This document shows, in pieces, positions 24,501 through 38,856 of a stretch of 64,000 nt of DNA. Made by a program: the position numbers and the translations under genes. Origin of the DNA: Tubiluchus corallicola (Eukaryota > Animalia > Priapulida). The stretch is from assembly GCA_030141605.1 (NCBI GenBank), contig JAQGDQ010000058.1, forward strand, positions 281,852 through 345,851. The letters run 5' to 3'. The stretch's first letter is position 1, and the number at the start of each line of letters is the position of its first letter. The notes beneath the pieces were generated by a model. The model had not been told where the DNA came from. It searched no databases and saw only the letters and a program-made list of their open reading frames with translations.

Positions 24501-24834
24501 GGAGGAGACGAGGCAAAATCTGTGTGAAACAACGTGTCTTGTCTAACACAGGTTTTTCCAACTTTGCAGCACAGATTTTTATTAAACATGCCTAAATTTC
24601 CGTCGCAGTCAAAGTCGTCCTACTCCCGTGTGCGCGCTCGGTGCAGCTTGCAAAAGCAAAAGAGACCAATAAAAGGTAATTGTTTCGTCACGTGGCATAT
24701 AGTAAATGTTTAATGTGATTACCCGTACAAAATCTTTGTCATACAAAGTGGGATATATAAAGTTAATACCATTAAGCAGTCAACTGTGTTGTTATTTCTT
24801 ATTATAAATTTGATATAATTTCTATAGCTGAGAC

Positions 24835-25776
24835 ATGGGTGAAGGAGAAGGAAGCGGAAGTGGAGATCCTCTCTGGACAATTTTTTGGCTTTTAGTGCTC
24901 ATATTTGTTTCGTTTTGGGTAGCGTTCTTCTGTTCTTTTTGGTAAGAACAAACTTTTTTTGATTTATGGATTTTTATTGTTATTTATTATCCACACTGAC
25001 AATTGTTGATTGGGGAGTGTTTGGTCGCCTTTACGTGTAATGAGTGCTGCTACCTGCACAACATAATCAAAACGGATGGAGCTATAATTGCAAAAACTGG
25101 CACATGGAGGGGCTAAGGCAAGACAGGAAACCCTACATTTTGCTTGAAAAGCTCAAAGATGCAGGCTACAAACTGAAAAAAAGTAAAAAAATATCCGCAA
25201 AACAAAATCTGAATCTATAGGTATGTCAATAGTATGTTAATTCAAATAAAACGTGTCATAGGGATGATAGATTTGAGCAAGACCACGAAATTCGTTAATT
25301 TTATTTTCAAAGGGTCAAATGTCAAGGTGACAGTTACATTTCTATCCGAACCATAAACTCAAAATGTATGAAGTTATACTCACCAAACCTTGATACAGGG
25401 ATAAATTTGGGTAAGACGTAGAAACCACTGATTTTAGTTCAAGAAGTCAAAGATAACACGAGCTCAAAAAATGTCAAAATGTGCGGTTTCGTGGATGACG
25501 TACTTCTGCACTCTTGTCGATTGTTGTAAATTAAAGTTTGTAAATTTAAATATAAATCTCATTAATTATGCACTCTAACGATGTGCGTACATACTATATA
25601 CATCATAATAATTTTAAGATTTTAAGGTTTCTCTTTTGTTTTTCAGGTACATAGTATTGCTCTGTTTCACACCCTGTGTAGAAGCGCTCACTCCAATTAC
25701 AGACTTCTTACTAAAATGCGTGCAGTTTCCTTATTACTGTGTAAAATGCATGATGGAAGGAAAACCACTATCGTAG
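24835..25776 (+). CDS. Small hydrophobic Cys-rich protein, paralog A (78 aa, 2 exons)
   Basis: Exons 24835-24941 + 25647-25776: MGEGEGSGSGDPLWTIFWLLVLIFVSFWVAFFCSFW/YIVLLCFTPCVEALTPITDFLLKCVQFPYYCVKCMMEGKPLS*. Supported by two paralogs with the same phase-2 intron in the Trp codon. Absent from the ORF track. Confidence 0.9.
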
Positions 25777-28132
25777 TGAGGATCAAGTGTTAGCTAAATC
25801 GTCTTTTAGTAGTTTCTTTAGTTATTCTTAAAGTTAGTCTGTATTTTCATTTAAAAAATTAACTCGTCATTTAACCGTGTTTATTGCGCAAATCATGAAT
25901 CGATTTGTAAAAACATAAGCTCATAGTATCATGTTTTCTCTCTTGACATTTTGGTCGTCTGACATTCTATCTTTACAAACTGCGAACAATCAAGCAACCG
26001 CCGCCCATCCTCCAGCCTCCGGCTCGTATTTTTCCACAATTTGTCATTTAACACGGAATCTTTCAAAATTCGATATGATCACAGTCATATTTCGTAACAT
26101 TTCCCCCTTCAAGAAAGTATCCGGCTGGATTTTGGTACCAGTCGAGAAGTAAATGAAAACGTAACGTAACGTGGTCAACGTGATAACCCTCCAACACGTA
26201 GATCTCTGTTGTGAATGAACGCGGGTTCATGGCACCTAAGCCATTTGACGTCATATCATTTGTCATTAGCCCTGTAACATTTGAATTTATGACATTAAAA
26301 AATTTTAACTTACGGCGTTCGAATCTCGATCTTTAGGTTTTGCACTATGAATGTTTCAGACGTTCTGAAACATCCGACTTCTGAATTTGTCTTTATAGCA
26401 CACCAGTAATCAGAAGAGCAAATTGTCAGACGATCAAACAGAGCGAGATTATTAAACACTTAGAATGGCATGATATGAAGAGAAATAAGTATTATAGTCG
26501 TGGTTAATTCAGCATAACACTGAAATAAACTGTAATTTGCCGCCCATTTCCTTAACCATGTTTTAACGATGATCTGCTGTCGCCATGTCAAAAGTCTTTC
26601 TGTCAGATAGGGCTAATGGCTTATCTGACAAGCTTCCAGAGTACTGAGACAGGAGAATAATTTTATAATCAAGTGAATGCGTGTAAAAATTTTGCACGTT
26701 TAGTATAATTATAGAGTATAACGAGTGAGACATTTTAAGTAAGTTTATTAAAATTGCTATTATTACGTAAACAATCGTTATAGTGCCTGTTACCAACAAG
26801 GTTTGTCAAATTTATTTCTGTATAACAAGTTTGTATGCACACTATATTTCGTAAAATAATGTCATAAAGATAGGCATGTATGCCTCACTATTTACTTTTG
26901 CTTTATTGTTATTTATTTTAAACTATCAGGAATGCTGTAGTTGTGTGAAAGGGCTAGCGCGGGATAATCCCACTCCATCGCCAGCTTGACAGTTTTAGCT
27001 CTCCAGATCTCGGAAGGAAGGTATAGTGACAACATGCTGCGAAAAAGAGATATAAAATAAGAATCGCGTTAATATACAAGATACGATATTTTGTCTGTCA
27101 CATACAATGCAATAATGAATTTTAGATACAAAAATGCCTTTCGCGTATTATATATACATATACACACACATATACATATATATAATACTGAATTACAGGA
27201 TTACACACATACCACACACATATATAATACCACAATGATCCTCAAAACTTATTGAGTACTGACCTCTCAATCCTATTGGATTAGGATAGGGTTCTGATTA
27301 TTTATTTAAATTCCGTGGAAGTACATCTGCATTTCAGAGATTGGACCAACACAAACAACAGACAAGAGGATTATAGGGCCAAATGACCAACCAATGGGTC
27401 AAAAGGGTTTGTTGTTTGAGTAGAAATTACCTGAGCTGTTAAAAATTTCAAATTGAGCTTTGAAAATTTGAGTTTCAGTGAAGTTCTGTACATATAAATT
27501 TGAAAAAGTGAAAAAATGTGACCAAATGAACTTCATTGTTTAGTCAAACGACGGTATAATTCCAAACAAGAGAATTCAAATTTACATTGTTTTCCAAACT
27601 ATGCAGAATAACACGAATGAAATTTGGTCTATTTGAAAGTTTTTTTTTATTACTCAAAGTATTTTTAGCTTTTATTAGTTTCCAGAAATCGAGCCAGCTG
27701 TCTGCCTAGTCGAGACAGCTCCGCCTGGAAGGTAATCATACTTTTAATTTAAATTAGTTATACTAAAAAATCTTTCCGTTTCACTTATTAGACACAAGTT
27801 TGTTTATTCTGATATTTCTAATAGTGTTAAATGTGCAATAGTGAAAAAAGTGCAAAATTGCACGCTTACTTATTTTAAGCGGGTTGCTACATTCAGGGAT
27901 TCAATAAATTCTCTCTTTGCTTTTCACGGGTGGGTAAGACTACACATACGACCAAGTTATTGCCAAAATTTAATGTCAGTTTTATTAGACCAACCATATC
28001 TTTATTTGGTTAACCCCTTGAACCTATATTTGTTTTCAGTTTTAAGAAATAATAATATAAATTTGTAAAAAAAACATTTTTTAAAACAGCAAGAAGGCTA
28101 TATTTCGTGATGCCAAATTGTGTAGAGTGAAA

Positions 28133-31100
28133 ATGGATGGAGAAGAACAAGCGACCGGAAGCAAAGACCCTCTTTGGTCAATTTTTTGGCTTTTAATACT
28201 CATCTTTGTTGCTTTTTGGGTGGCGTTCTTATGTTGCTTTTGGTAAGTTTTTATACATGCATGGACCTTTGAGAGTTAAGGGTTAGTTTAACTGCAGCCA
28301 AATTGATTCAGTCAGCGCGCATTGTTATTTATGGTAATGTATTAGCTCCTGCCAAGGACTACTATACAACAGGACGTGCACGCTCAGATCTCTAAATCGG
28401 CTAGCGGAGGCGATCAATTTTTAACATTTAGTGCTAATAATTTGGACATATTTACCCCTCCATGGTGACCTATAGCATGCCTCAATATACATAGAACATA
28501 TTCCTCATTCATCTAGTAATTTAAAAACAGTGGTACCTATGATATCCCCCCCCCGAAAAAAACACACCATATCTGCAACTCATTGTGTCTCGATGATTAC
28601 CTGTCACTTTCTATAGAGAATAAACAGACTGCACCATTTTGTCAGGACTATATAAACTCATTCATAGGTTCCTCTGTGTAAATTAGAATACATGAATCAG
28701 AGATCTAAGCGTGCACGTCCTGTGTATAGTAGTCCTTGGCTCCTGCTTAAGTTGCATTGCAGTAAGACCTGCTTCCATACAAAACAAGTTGAGAACATCG
28801 TTGACTTTCTTCCATACTCTTGGCCAAATTGAAAGCGAGCCCCTGCACTTTTAAATCTTATTCACAAAATTGTGCGAAAATATAATTACAATCAGTAAAA
28901 CAATTCAATAAACATTCTGTTGTTATTTTGTTCATGTTGTGGTAAACTGTTGCTCAATAATTGAGAATTTTTGCAACTAGACTACATGTGAAGTTTTGCG
29001 CAATTTTTTCAAAAAACAAGTAAAGGCAAAGACAAGATATGTTTACCGTCGCTCATTTAGCAGACAACATTAGCACTAACGGTTATTTGGCGACCTACAG
29101 TTACAACAATACAGTAAAGACGCAACACTCAAACAACGAATAACATATGTAGTGTATATGCCATGACGTTTGCAGCCGCTGTTATCGAACTCAAGCCTGC
29201 GTGTTTGTAGTTCGAAATCTAAGCCACTCAGTGACACAACGAGGACACCTGTAACTATGCTGCTTCTAAAGATGGTTAAAATCACTGCTTAAAACCTATC
29301 GAAAAGAGCGTTTGTCGATGTAAATGAAAAATACTGCAGTAGACTTGCGCTGAAAAATTGTCCGGTTCACACGTTCCGATAAAATCAGACCGTCGGATGA
29401 AGCTGGACGAAGTCAGATGAATCGTTTACTCGACGAGACAAAATCAGAAAAGAAAGTCGGATGGAATCGGACTAAGTGCAAGGTAATCTGGCAAAATTTG
29501 TCAAAAATTTGACTGGGAGAAACAGCTCGAGAGGGAGGGAAATCGAGAGAGCGGGGCAGAGAGAGTTAGAAAGTGAGAGGGGATTTATAGCATTTAACAG
29601 TTAACACAGCGATTGGATTACATATTGCAGCATTTCGTTGCAAACCATATATGACGAATGCAACCTTCATAAAGTACGAATAACAGATGTTTGTCAAACA
29701 GCAATGTTTAAATTGTTCAATGTTGAAAGTCCTGCACGAAGGGAAACTGTCGGACGGGCTTTCGGCATAATCGGAGATATCGAATCGTGTAAGCGTATTA
29801 TTTCATCTAAATTTATTGACAATTATTAAAATTGCAAGATAAAATCAAATACAAAAAAAATATTAAAATGCGGATGACAATGTCTACACACTAACAACAC
29901 AATATAATTGTTCACACCACGTGCATTTTACTATTTGTTATCGTTTTCCTTTAATTACAGAAAACAATCTTTGCTGAATAGGCCACCGCATTAATGTCAG
30001 CTTGTTGACCGCGCGTAGTGCGAAGAGCTTTGGGTTGGATTTTTGTTCGTACTTTATAAGTAGTCGGGGTTGCGGGCCGGTTTGGTTTGAGCCTGCAGGG
30101 AGTAAATTGGAAGTAATTTACGTATTGCTACCCTTAGATATGATTGCAGAGTGTATTGCTATAAAACTCTTAATGAAAACCCTGAACCGTCCCAATAGTG
30201 ATTTAATGACAGCGAATGTCTTACGAGCAGATGCTGGCGGTCTAGGGCGGGGACACAAACATTTCCTGAAGTCTCATATAACCCAACTGAGGTATTATCT
30301 AAAAGTCATCTGGAAAGTAGCTGCGAGAAAAATGGCTTAAACGACGTACCAGAATTCATGCTGCTTTACACAAAAACCATGTAAATTTATACTTATCATC
30401 TACATGGTCAAGGACAGTCGAAACTCGGGCGCAAATAGAAGGAAATGTTTTAAGACTCGAAAAAATCAACATCGAGCCTTTTAATTTACCATTGCTCAAA
30501 ACCCGATCTGAACATCGAATCAGCATCCATAAGTATCTTAAATGGACAAGGAAACTTCAAGCAATTTTTATATACAGTAGGCGCCGCTTAATAGACTCAA
30601 GAACGCCTGGTACGGGCCGCTTCAATTCAAATGTACATAAGACTGTCGGTAATTCACTCAAATAACTCCGCATAATTGACTTAACATTTTTGCTTCACAC
30701 GCTTCAATAAGGCACTTTCGACATTAATAAGCTTTTATGACTTTTATATAATCTTAGTTCGCTTTTGTCCTATAATATACATGTTAAGTAACAATCATGT
30801 TTAGTACACAGTTGTTTGTAAACAGGAACTTTTATCATACGCTAATTATGATAGCCTAATGGTTTGCTTTTACCCGCACTAAGTATTTTACGAAAATTTG
30901 TGCATCATACAACAACGTTTTTATCATTATGAGAACTTTGTGAACCAACTTCTTCGCGATAAAATGAAGCAGCCGACTCTGAAAGACTTTTTGTAATTTT
31001 TGCAAATAAACAGACTTATGTGATTAGAAAAGCATACTTTTTAATTTATTGCTAATTCACTTATATCAATTAATATTTTAAAATATTTTTATTAAATTTT

Positions 31101-31570
31101 TAATAAAAAGGAATTTAGGCATTACTTCGTTTCTAAAATTCTTTAAAAACCTTTGCAAGGTATAGTAAGCTGATGACTCATACTTCTATACCCAGTAATA
31201 CTACACCCAACTGTTAATAGGTTCAGTCGATTAATTGGGTCAAGACACTTCGTTCCCAAAGTGAGTCTATTAAGCGGCGCCTACTGTATGTAGTTTAGGA
31301 CTAACGGATAGAACATATGAAGTCAAACAACTGAACAACTAATATACAGCCGCAACAAAGTAGACGCTAACCGAAGAAAACACCTATTAGAAACCCTGCA
31401 GGTGGAAAACATAACCTGTGTATTTTTAAAAACAGAAAAAGCATTAAATAAAGCTCTAGTTATTTTGCGAGAGACAGTTTTATCTTATCAATTTTGTAAC
31501 GGGATGTAAAACGGTTAAATGCATAATCCAATATAAATTTTAGCTCATACACACATATGTATGTATATTT

Positions 31571-31602
<32 letters not shown>

Positions 31603-33041
31603 AACTCAGGCAAAATTTATCTTAGTTTTATCGTAAATTTTAGCAATCGTATATTCTTATCTATTTCTCAGTAAAGCGTGCATGTAAAAAAGTTTGTAAT
31701 ACTTCCCTACTAGTGTAAACTAAATAATCCCAGTGAATGAATTATGTTATTATGGACCTTAATTATTATAAATAATTGCTAAAATGTTTTATAAACAAGT
31801 TTGTGGTACATGTATATGTATGTATTAAGAACATAATTGTAGCTGACCGTGTTGTATATATACTTTTATATCATGCTACAGTGCAGAACTATCGGCCTGC
31901 AAATAGAGCCTTACGTGTATGTATATTGTATATATTGTGTAAATAAAGATTTATTATCATCATATATGTAAGAAATTTAGTACCAGTAGCGTTAATTATT
32001 AACTGGCGCCTGTTATTGTTATCATCTAAAGGAAATTGTTATTCAAATTAGCGAACGCTTCATTATAAAGGTAATGTACTAAAGTACCACCAGCAATTGC
32101 AGCAATGTTAAAAGTTGTAAACAATTAGCTATGATTATCAAAATTGCATAATAACATCCGCCAGAAATTGACTTGACTATGTAAAACGTACAAAACGAAA
32201 AGATGGCGAATTAGCTTCAAAAAGAGAAAGTTCGTTCTGCTAAGTCCTAAATAAGCTTTAATGCAGTCTAGATACACCTGACTAACGGTATTAGTGACCA
32301 AGTTTCCCTGCCGTAAACACAGCAAACGACAAAGCGGCATTCAAGACTAATTTTTTAACCCCATAAGGGGTATCTGCATGTCTGTTGAGAAAAGAATAAA
32401 ATGTGAAAACACGGCTGGTTTTTTTGGTTCTTTATGTAAATGCAGAAGAACAGAATAAAACTCGTCATCTCCAGTTATAGATGACCCCAAATAGACATGA
32501 CTTGAACATGATTTAATTAGCAGAGAATCATCTGGTATTTTGTTGTCGTTGTTACCATTGATTGCCATAAACTGTGTTTGTTTTGACGTTATTTATCAGC
32601 ATTTCAAAATCATTACAAACATTCAGCAGGATTTGTAATTTTCCAATTAACTTCTCGCGCAATAACCGACCTCCTCCGACACTGTCCCGACTGTATCCAA
32701 CTGCATCAGATTTTGTTGGAAGACAAAATCGGACGAGTCTGAATTATGCTCAAATGCCAAAGTTAATCTTCTACTACTTTCAAGAGTTGGGTACTAATAA
32801 TATTCATACTATCTCTGTGCGTAATTTGATTAGTTTGTGTTTTTAGATATGGCTCTGTAATTATATAGTTTCAAATATCTTGATGTTGTTGATGTTGTTT
32901 AGGTACATAATCTTGCTATGTTTCACGGCATGTATTGAAGAAATTAAACCAGTCACGGACTTCCTGCTACTGGGTGTACAGTTTCCGCTATACTGCGCAG
33001 AAAATATGATGAAGGGAGCCCCTTTGCCATCTATCACTTGA
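28133..33041 (+). CDS. Small hydrophobic Cys-rich protein, paralog B (82 aa, 2 exons, 4.66-kb intron)
   Basis: Exons 28133-28242 + 32903-33041: MDGEEQATGSKDPLWSIFWLLILIFVAFWVAFLCCFW/YIILLCFTACIEEIKPVTDFLLLGVQFPLYCAENMMKGAPLPSIT*. Confidence 0.88.
28353..28738. mobile_element. MITE, 386 bp, ~40-bp TIRs starting CAAGG, 8-bp TSD (P-element-like or hAT-like)
   Basis: Left caaggactactatacaacaggacgtgcacgctcagatctct, right agagatctaagcgtgcacgtcctgtgtatagtagtccttg; perfect gctcctgc at 28345-28352 and 28739-28746. Confidence 0.92.
30575..31286. mobile_element. Tc1/mariner-pogo-type MITE, copy 1
   Basis: Perfect 25-bp TIR cagtaggcgccgcttaatagactca ... tgagtctattaagcggcgcctactg flanked by TA on both sides; a related copy is at 52427-53137. 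Confidence 0.93.
32100..32640 (-). mobile_element. Decayed non-LTR retrotransposon (RT C-terminal) fragment
   Basis: Broken minus-strand frames including ...IKSCSSHVYLGSSIT..., resembling the conserved YLG motif of LINE reverse transcriptases. Confidence 0.45.
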
Positions 33042-34878
33042 CAATTTCACCAACACACCAGACTGACTAAGTTGAAGCGATTTGACGCTTTGCGTAAAAT
33101 GTTGCGAAGCGTGACAGACTGCGTAGAAGATGTGCTAGACGTATTAAATTAAAACCCGTTTAAAAGATATAGCGACGAAAGCCACCTTTTTCGTGTAATT
33201 TGTTGTACCATTTACCGTTGTTTGTTGTAGTAAAATTCGTTGAATGGCTTCATTCAAATTTAAAATCATGCATCACGAAATTGGGATTTTTACGCAAAAC
33301 CACTCAAACTGTTATGGTCATTGTTTTATACGGACTGGCTTTCGCTTCTCAAAGTTCGGTTACGAATATTATGAAAATGGCGTAGATCAAGCATTTTGCA
33401 GTTACATTTACAAAGAAACCAAATCCAATACTCTTAATTAAGATTTATTAATTTTTCTGCTCTACCAGAGTTTGTTATTTTTACGCGCAGCTTTTATTAA
33501 AAAGATGTTACAAGAGCATTAGTGAAATTCATTCTATAAAAATATTATTTTTTTGGTGTTTACTGGGGCAAGGTTACAGTTTCCGGACTAATCAGGTCTT
33601 GAGTGTATCGCAAGGACTTATTTACTAAACTGACAGTGATTAGTTATTGATGATTGGCTAAATTTAGAAGTCTATTTTCATATCTTATTTTTTAAACCAT
33701 CTTTTAAATTGGTCAAGTATTGTCGCTAATTTGTGCTACGCGAAACTTCTGCAGCAGAGCGGAAATCTGCTGTCTTGTACAAACACATATGCAAAATACA
33801 AAATACAAACGCATTTGAAAAAGAGGATCTCGTAGAACGTAGCTACGTAGTCAGTTATAAGTTGTTCTACACTAATAATTTATTATTATTATATAAATGT
33901 AGAGAAGTTAAATTATACGTGTTGTTTCACACAATTGAGAAAATGTATTGCTATAATATTTTTTTATATGTTTTTGTTTTACAAAGTACTCCCCTTATAT
34001 TACAGTAGCAAACAAATTATATTTTAGCAAATCAATTTTCACAGCATTGTGTTTCGCTTTTTCTAGTCCTTTTTTCATAATAAAGTAAAATAATAAAATT
34101 TATTTATATTGCCTTCTTACAATAAAACTGTTCAAAGTGTATTACAAGTGTATAAGACGTACCATTTAAACAATAAAATCTCAAAAACCTAAAAGTTGGA
34201 CATTTACTCTTACTTTCAAATTTTCTTCTAGAAGTATTAAAGACTCCTACTACTTTGTTGAATTTTGAAACATGACTTTCTTATCAGCGCATTTCATTTA
34301 GAAGGCATTAAGCGGAACTATAACTGGGCGTACAATAAATTCCTATCCTTGGTTCCATCGTTTTCTGGCGTCAGCGGAATTGCCCGCGGGCTTGCCCACT
34401 TGATGATAAATGACTCCTACTCAGTCATACGCGGCACGTTTCAAACCTTGTATATTATCCTCTGAGTAAACCTCTGACATAACATTGTCGTTATCAAATT
34501 TAGAGTTACCGTTTTAGTTTCGCTACGAACTTACATTAATAACAAGTGTAGTTTGAAGGCTCTGCTTGATTCTTAGTAATCATCGATACAATTCAATTTT
34601 ACGACATTTTTGATGTCACAGTGTTCATCCACGCATTGAAACCTTTTAGTGTTTGCTTTAATGGTATGTAATGATGTTTGAAATTCAGTGTTTTGTAACT
34701 CAACAGCGTAAAACAGCTTTATTTGAAGATGTTATAGTCTTGATCGAACGATTAGCTTCACAGAAATAATCATACGCATATAATGATAAATAGAGTTCTG
34801 ACCTGGTGATTTGCAATTTTAATGTGTATAGCACTGCTACAACAATTGGTAATAATTTTTATAGTGAATAATAAAACA

Positions 34879-36756
34879 ATGATAGTCTTCTTTGCAAGTG
34901 CATTACTGTTGTTAATCGCGAAGGCTGATTCTTGTGGTTGGGGAATTGCGCCTGGGGTTTTATTGTTGTTAATTGGAAAGACTGAATCTTGTGGTTGGGG
35001 GTTCGCACCAGGCGTAGATCAAGTAGGAACAACAACTTTTACTACAGCTACAGCTTTTACTGATGAATTTGGTATCATACCACATGTCGGTACAACTACA
35101 AAACTGCCATTGCCTTACCCTTACATTGAGCATTTGGCAGACTTGTATAATGGCAACAGAGATTTATTAATACATGCTACTTACGACGCTAACGGGGATA
35201 GAAACGTGACTATTGAGGAGTTGAGAGAGGCGCTCGGAAAAGAGGTTGACGATGCCGTGGTGAGGCAAGCTTTCGGCGATACCGACACGAATGGTATGTA
35301 ATTAATTGTGAATCAACGAAGGAGCTTGCTCGTACGAGTATTAAAAATCTACTTTTAAGTTTCTGTGACCGTGTATTAATGTAAACTCACAAAAAACAAT
35401 GTATAAAACAAATATACTAGATGATTTCATTTATCTTGTTGGTATTTCTTCAAGATATGCAATGTTAGTGCATGTGTCTTTGCCTATTGACCCACTCTGT
35501 GAATTGTGTAATTGCACACGTTGGTTGATAGTATGTTATGTAGATAATGTAGTGCTAAAATACCAATTATGACTTTGAGGTTTTTAATACACGTGGGTTA
35601 TTACACTGACACTGGTGTAATAGGCTCTACCATGTCAATCTTCTAACCATTTACTGTGTAAAGGGTGAGTACGGAATAACAGTAATTAGATCGACGAGAC
35701 ATTTTGAAGAATTAAACTGCACCAATTCTGTCCTTTATCAAAAATTGTTAACACACCAACATAATGATTTTACCCAGGTCTTAAATTACTTCTCTCAAAT
35801 TGCTTCGTAAATGAGTTTCTCAGCCGTATCGTTTTTCATCAGTATTACAGTAACTACCGAAATGATGTCAATATAAGCAGCGTTATGTACAGTACTGTTA
35901 TGCTTGGTTGAATGTAGGTCTGGACTAACTCTTTTACCTTTACATTTAGGCGACGAAGTTGTATCTTGCAAGGAATTTCTTGACGCCCCATTTTGGCCTA
36001 GTCACCACAGAAGTGAGATTAGTTGTGGAGGTAAAATATTTACTGTGGAATAAAATAAGCCGTATTAGGTCTAAATATTTGTAAGGTTAGTCAGTCAATT
36101 TTATTTCGATTTTCAATCAAAGTTTTACCATTTTTTGTTTTCCAAAACTGTAAAAAAATCAACATGAAATTCTAGTGGGCATGTACTTTATATTATGTAT
36201 AAAATTATGTAAAGAATGGAAATCAAGAGATTCGTAAGTAGAAGATGTGGAAAGTGCTAAAATTAAACCAGTGCCAATGCCAGTATAATGTTGCCGAATT
36301 CAGTTACTCAACACTTGACATTCGCCAACATTTTATTGGCACAGACTGAGTGCTTATTTAATTTGAGCAAAACAAACCAATAAATTTTTCTAATTTTAGA
36401 AAAATGCGTTCAGTCAGTTAGTGGAAGCTTCGACTATAAGTACTATACTGAATACTACTTTTGCCTTGTTTTCATGCAAAATTTATTCAACAGGAAACAT
36501 ATTCCTTTTTATGACATTAACTATATTTTCTTGCATTGTAAAACTTTTTCCTACTTTTCCAGACAAAGTTGAAACCTCGCCAATGGAATTTTCTTGTCCA
36601 AAGCTATTTGGATTGTACACCGATCCGAGAGATTGTTCTAAATGGTTTATGTGTTCTTGGGGGCGGCGGTATCACATGAATTGTCCGCCAGGATTGCATT
36701 TTGACAGTCGACTTAAAGTCTGCAATCACGCCAGCACCGTTAGATGCAATTTTTAA
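34879..36756 (+). CDS. Secreted EF-hand + chitin-binding type-2 (peritrophin-A/CBM14) protein, copy 1 (229 aa, 3 exons)
   Basis: Exons 34879-35293, 35950-36030, 36563-36756 (phase-1 introns). Signal-like MIVFFASALLLLIAKADS, CGWG motif twice, Thr-rich linker, EF loops DANGDRNVTIEE and DTNGDEVVSCKE, six-Cys domain CPKLFGLYTDPRDCSKWFMCSWGRRYHMNCPPGLHFDSRLKVCNHASTVRC. Confidence 0.9.
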
Positions 36757-38694
36757 TAACACTGTGTTCACAAGCTAGTGTTGCACCACAGTATTAGTCA
36801 GAAAAATAAGTCTTCAGGAAATGTTATTCCTGCAGTGTTGTGATTATCATATATTTTATTTATTTTTTATAATAAAAATATCACTGCTGAAGTAATTTTT
36901 GCACATTTGCATTATTTACTTGTCGCCTTAGTTTGATAAAGGTGGTAAGGGCACAAAAAAGGGACACAATCTTGTACGGGATAGCTAACTTCTATGACAA
37001 ACAGCAAGACAAACAACTTGTCCATTTATCGTCGAGGTCCTTGGTATACGAAGCCGTTCCAATTACATTAAAGGAAAACCGGATGACTGTGTAAACATGA
37101 GTTCAGAATAAAGAATGCTCTAAAATTTCGAAAACTACAATAGCTTTTTTTAAATCAAAACTTAGATTAAATAATAATTACCTCAAATACTCAAATTTCG
37201 TTAAACTTTCAAAGCCACGCGCGGCTCATTAAATCTACCAAGATTGGCAACCGCGCCTTTCTGTCACATTCGCGTGGCCGACAAATTAAAAGCGGTACCG
37301 CGATAATCATGGTCATGAACTGCAGTGTTAATCTCTGACGCCATATGACGTAGAGTCCATTTTCGTGGCATCACGCGTTTAAGCAGTAACACTTACGCAA
37401 GCGTGCTTGATGTGCAAGTTAAGATGCCTGCAATTGCACAAACTGTGGTTAGTTTCTGACGTAAGCAATAGCTATGTGTACGGTTGCCGTTAATAAACTT
37501 TCTAAGCTAATTATTCAAATATAAGAAACTGTTGATAACTTTTATAGGCAAGAAAATGTATATTTTCCACAATAAATTAAAATGAGACCTTAGCCTAAAC
37601 AATCGTCCGGTTTTTCTTATTTTAAAATTTTTGAGTTTGCTAAAACTGAAACTGTAAATACGCCTAAATTAATGTAAAACTGCCAAGAAAAGTCGTGATA
37701 CAATCGACAATTTTATACGTTTTACACGTCAAATGTAGACACAGGAAAGTTCAAATGTGACTTAGGCAAGTCAAATGTAGATGCATTACTTTGAATAAAT
37801 CAGTAATTAACTTATTTAAGTGCAAATCACAAAAAGATAAAACCAAATTAAATTATATTTTACGGTCATGGTGCTATCGGCAGCATCAGTTTTTATATAT
37901 TATATTTAATTAATTTGCAACTATTTGTGTGGATGCTAATACGTTTTTCATATGTAAAGAAAATGTTTATGTGATAAGAACACTTAAAAGCGTTGTACAT
38001 AAATAAGTTAACAATTATACAATCAATAATATAAACACCGTTTTATTTGTGAACGTTTTACAAAAACATTTTTTTGGATAAGTAATGAAATCTGCAAAAT
38101 TAAACTTGTAATCAAAAATAAACAACAAACATAAACAAATATACTATACTAAAATACCTAATAATGGACTAATAATAGACCTATACTAATGCGTTATAGC
38201 ATCATTAATACCAAGGCTTCACACAAGTACGTGTGGGAAATGGAAAACAGTGAGTTTTATAAGACAATTGTATCACGATTGCATTACAAACATCTTTTTG
38301 AAGCGTGTTGGCCTTGAATCGCAATTTTTCATGTAAAAAGCAAAAAACCCCGTTGATTAAGACAGTATTATTTTTTAGGTCGGTGGCGGGGTACATAATG
38401 CTCTGCTCTGTCAATTAGCAGAACAGCTAATGATTGCATTATATATAATAGCGAGCGCTAATTAAACCCAAAGATAAAAAAAAATTCATGCAACCAAGGA
38501 ACTTTCAAAAGAAAGTTTGATTTGGCCATAGACAAAGCAAAACAAAATATTTGTTGTAGACAATTGTATCCGTCCGTACTTTGTGTGGCCGCTGTAGATG
38601 TTTTAAGTACAACGACTTTTTATAATATATTTATTTTATCCGTTTATGTACATAGGTACTTTATATATATGATATATATATATATATTATATAT

Positions 38695-38856
38695 AATAAT
38701 AATTATATGTATATTTTTAACTATCTATATAATTAGATAATTATCTCTAATATATTATATTATATTAGATATAATATGATATATATACATTATAGACAAT
38801 ATAGAGATAATTATCTAATTATATATATAGTTAAAAATACACATATAATTATTATT
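38695..38856. repeat. AT-rich inverted repeat: 55-bp arms (38695-38749, 38802-38856), 52-bp spacer
   Basis: aataataattatatgtatatttttaactatctatataattagataattatctcta matches the reverse complement of the right arm with 2 mismatches. Confidence 0.85.

Noticed and set aside
24460-24510. tRNA/SINE A-box-like sequence
   Set aside because: No B box or cloverleaf; no tRNA gene can be supported.
29360-29800. Possible Harbinger-like MITE (cggttcacacg...cgtgtaagcg), with related sequence near 32670-32745
   Set aside because: TIRs too degenerate and no TSD; boundaries cannot be supported.
34822-34878. Upstream ATG of ORF 34822..35301
   Set aside because: The ATG at 34879 (aaaacaATG) gives a normal-length signal peptide and is preferred; the longer start is not excluded.
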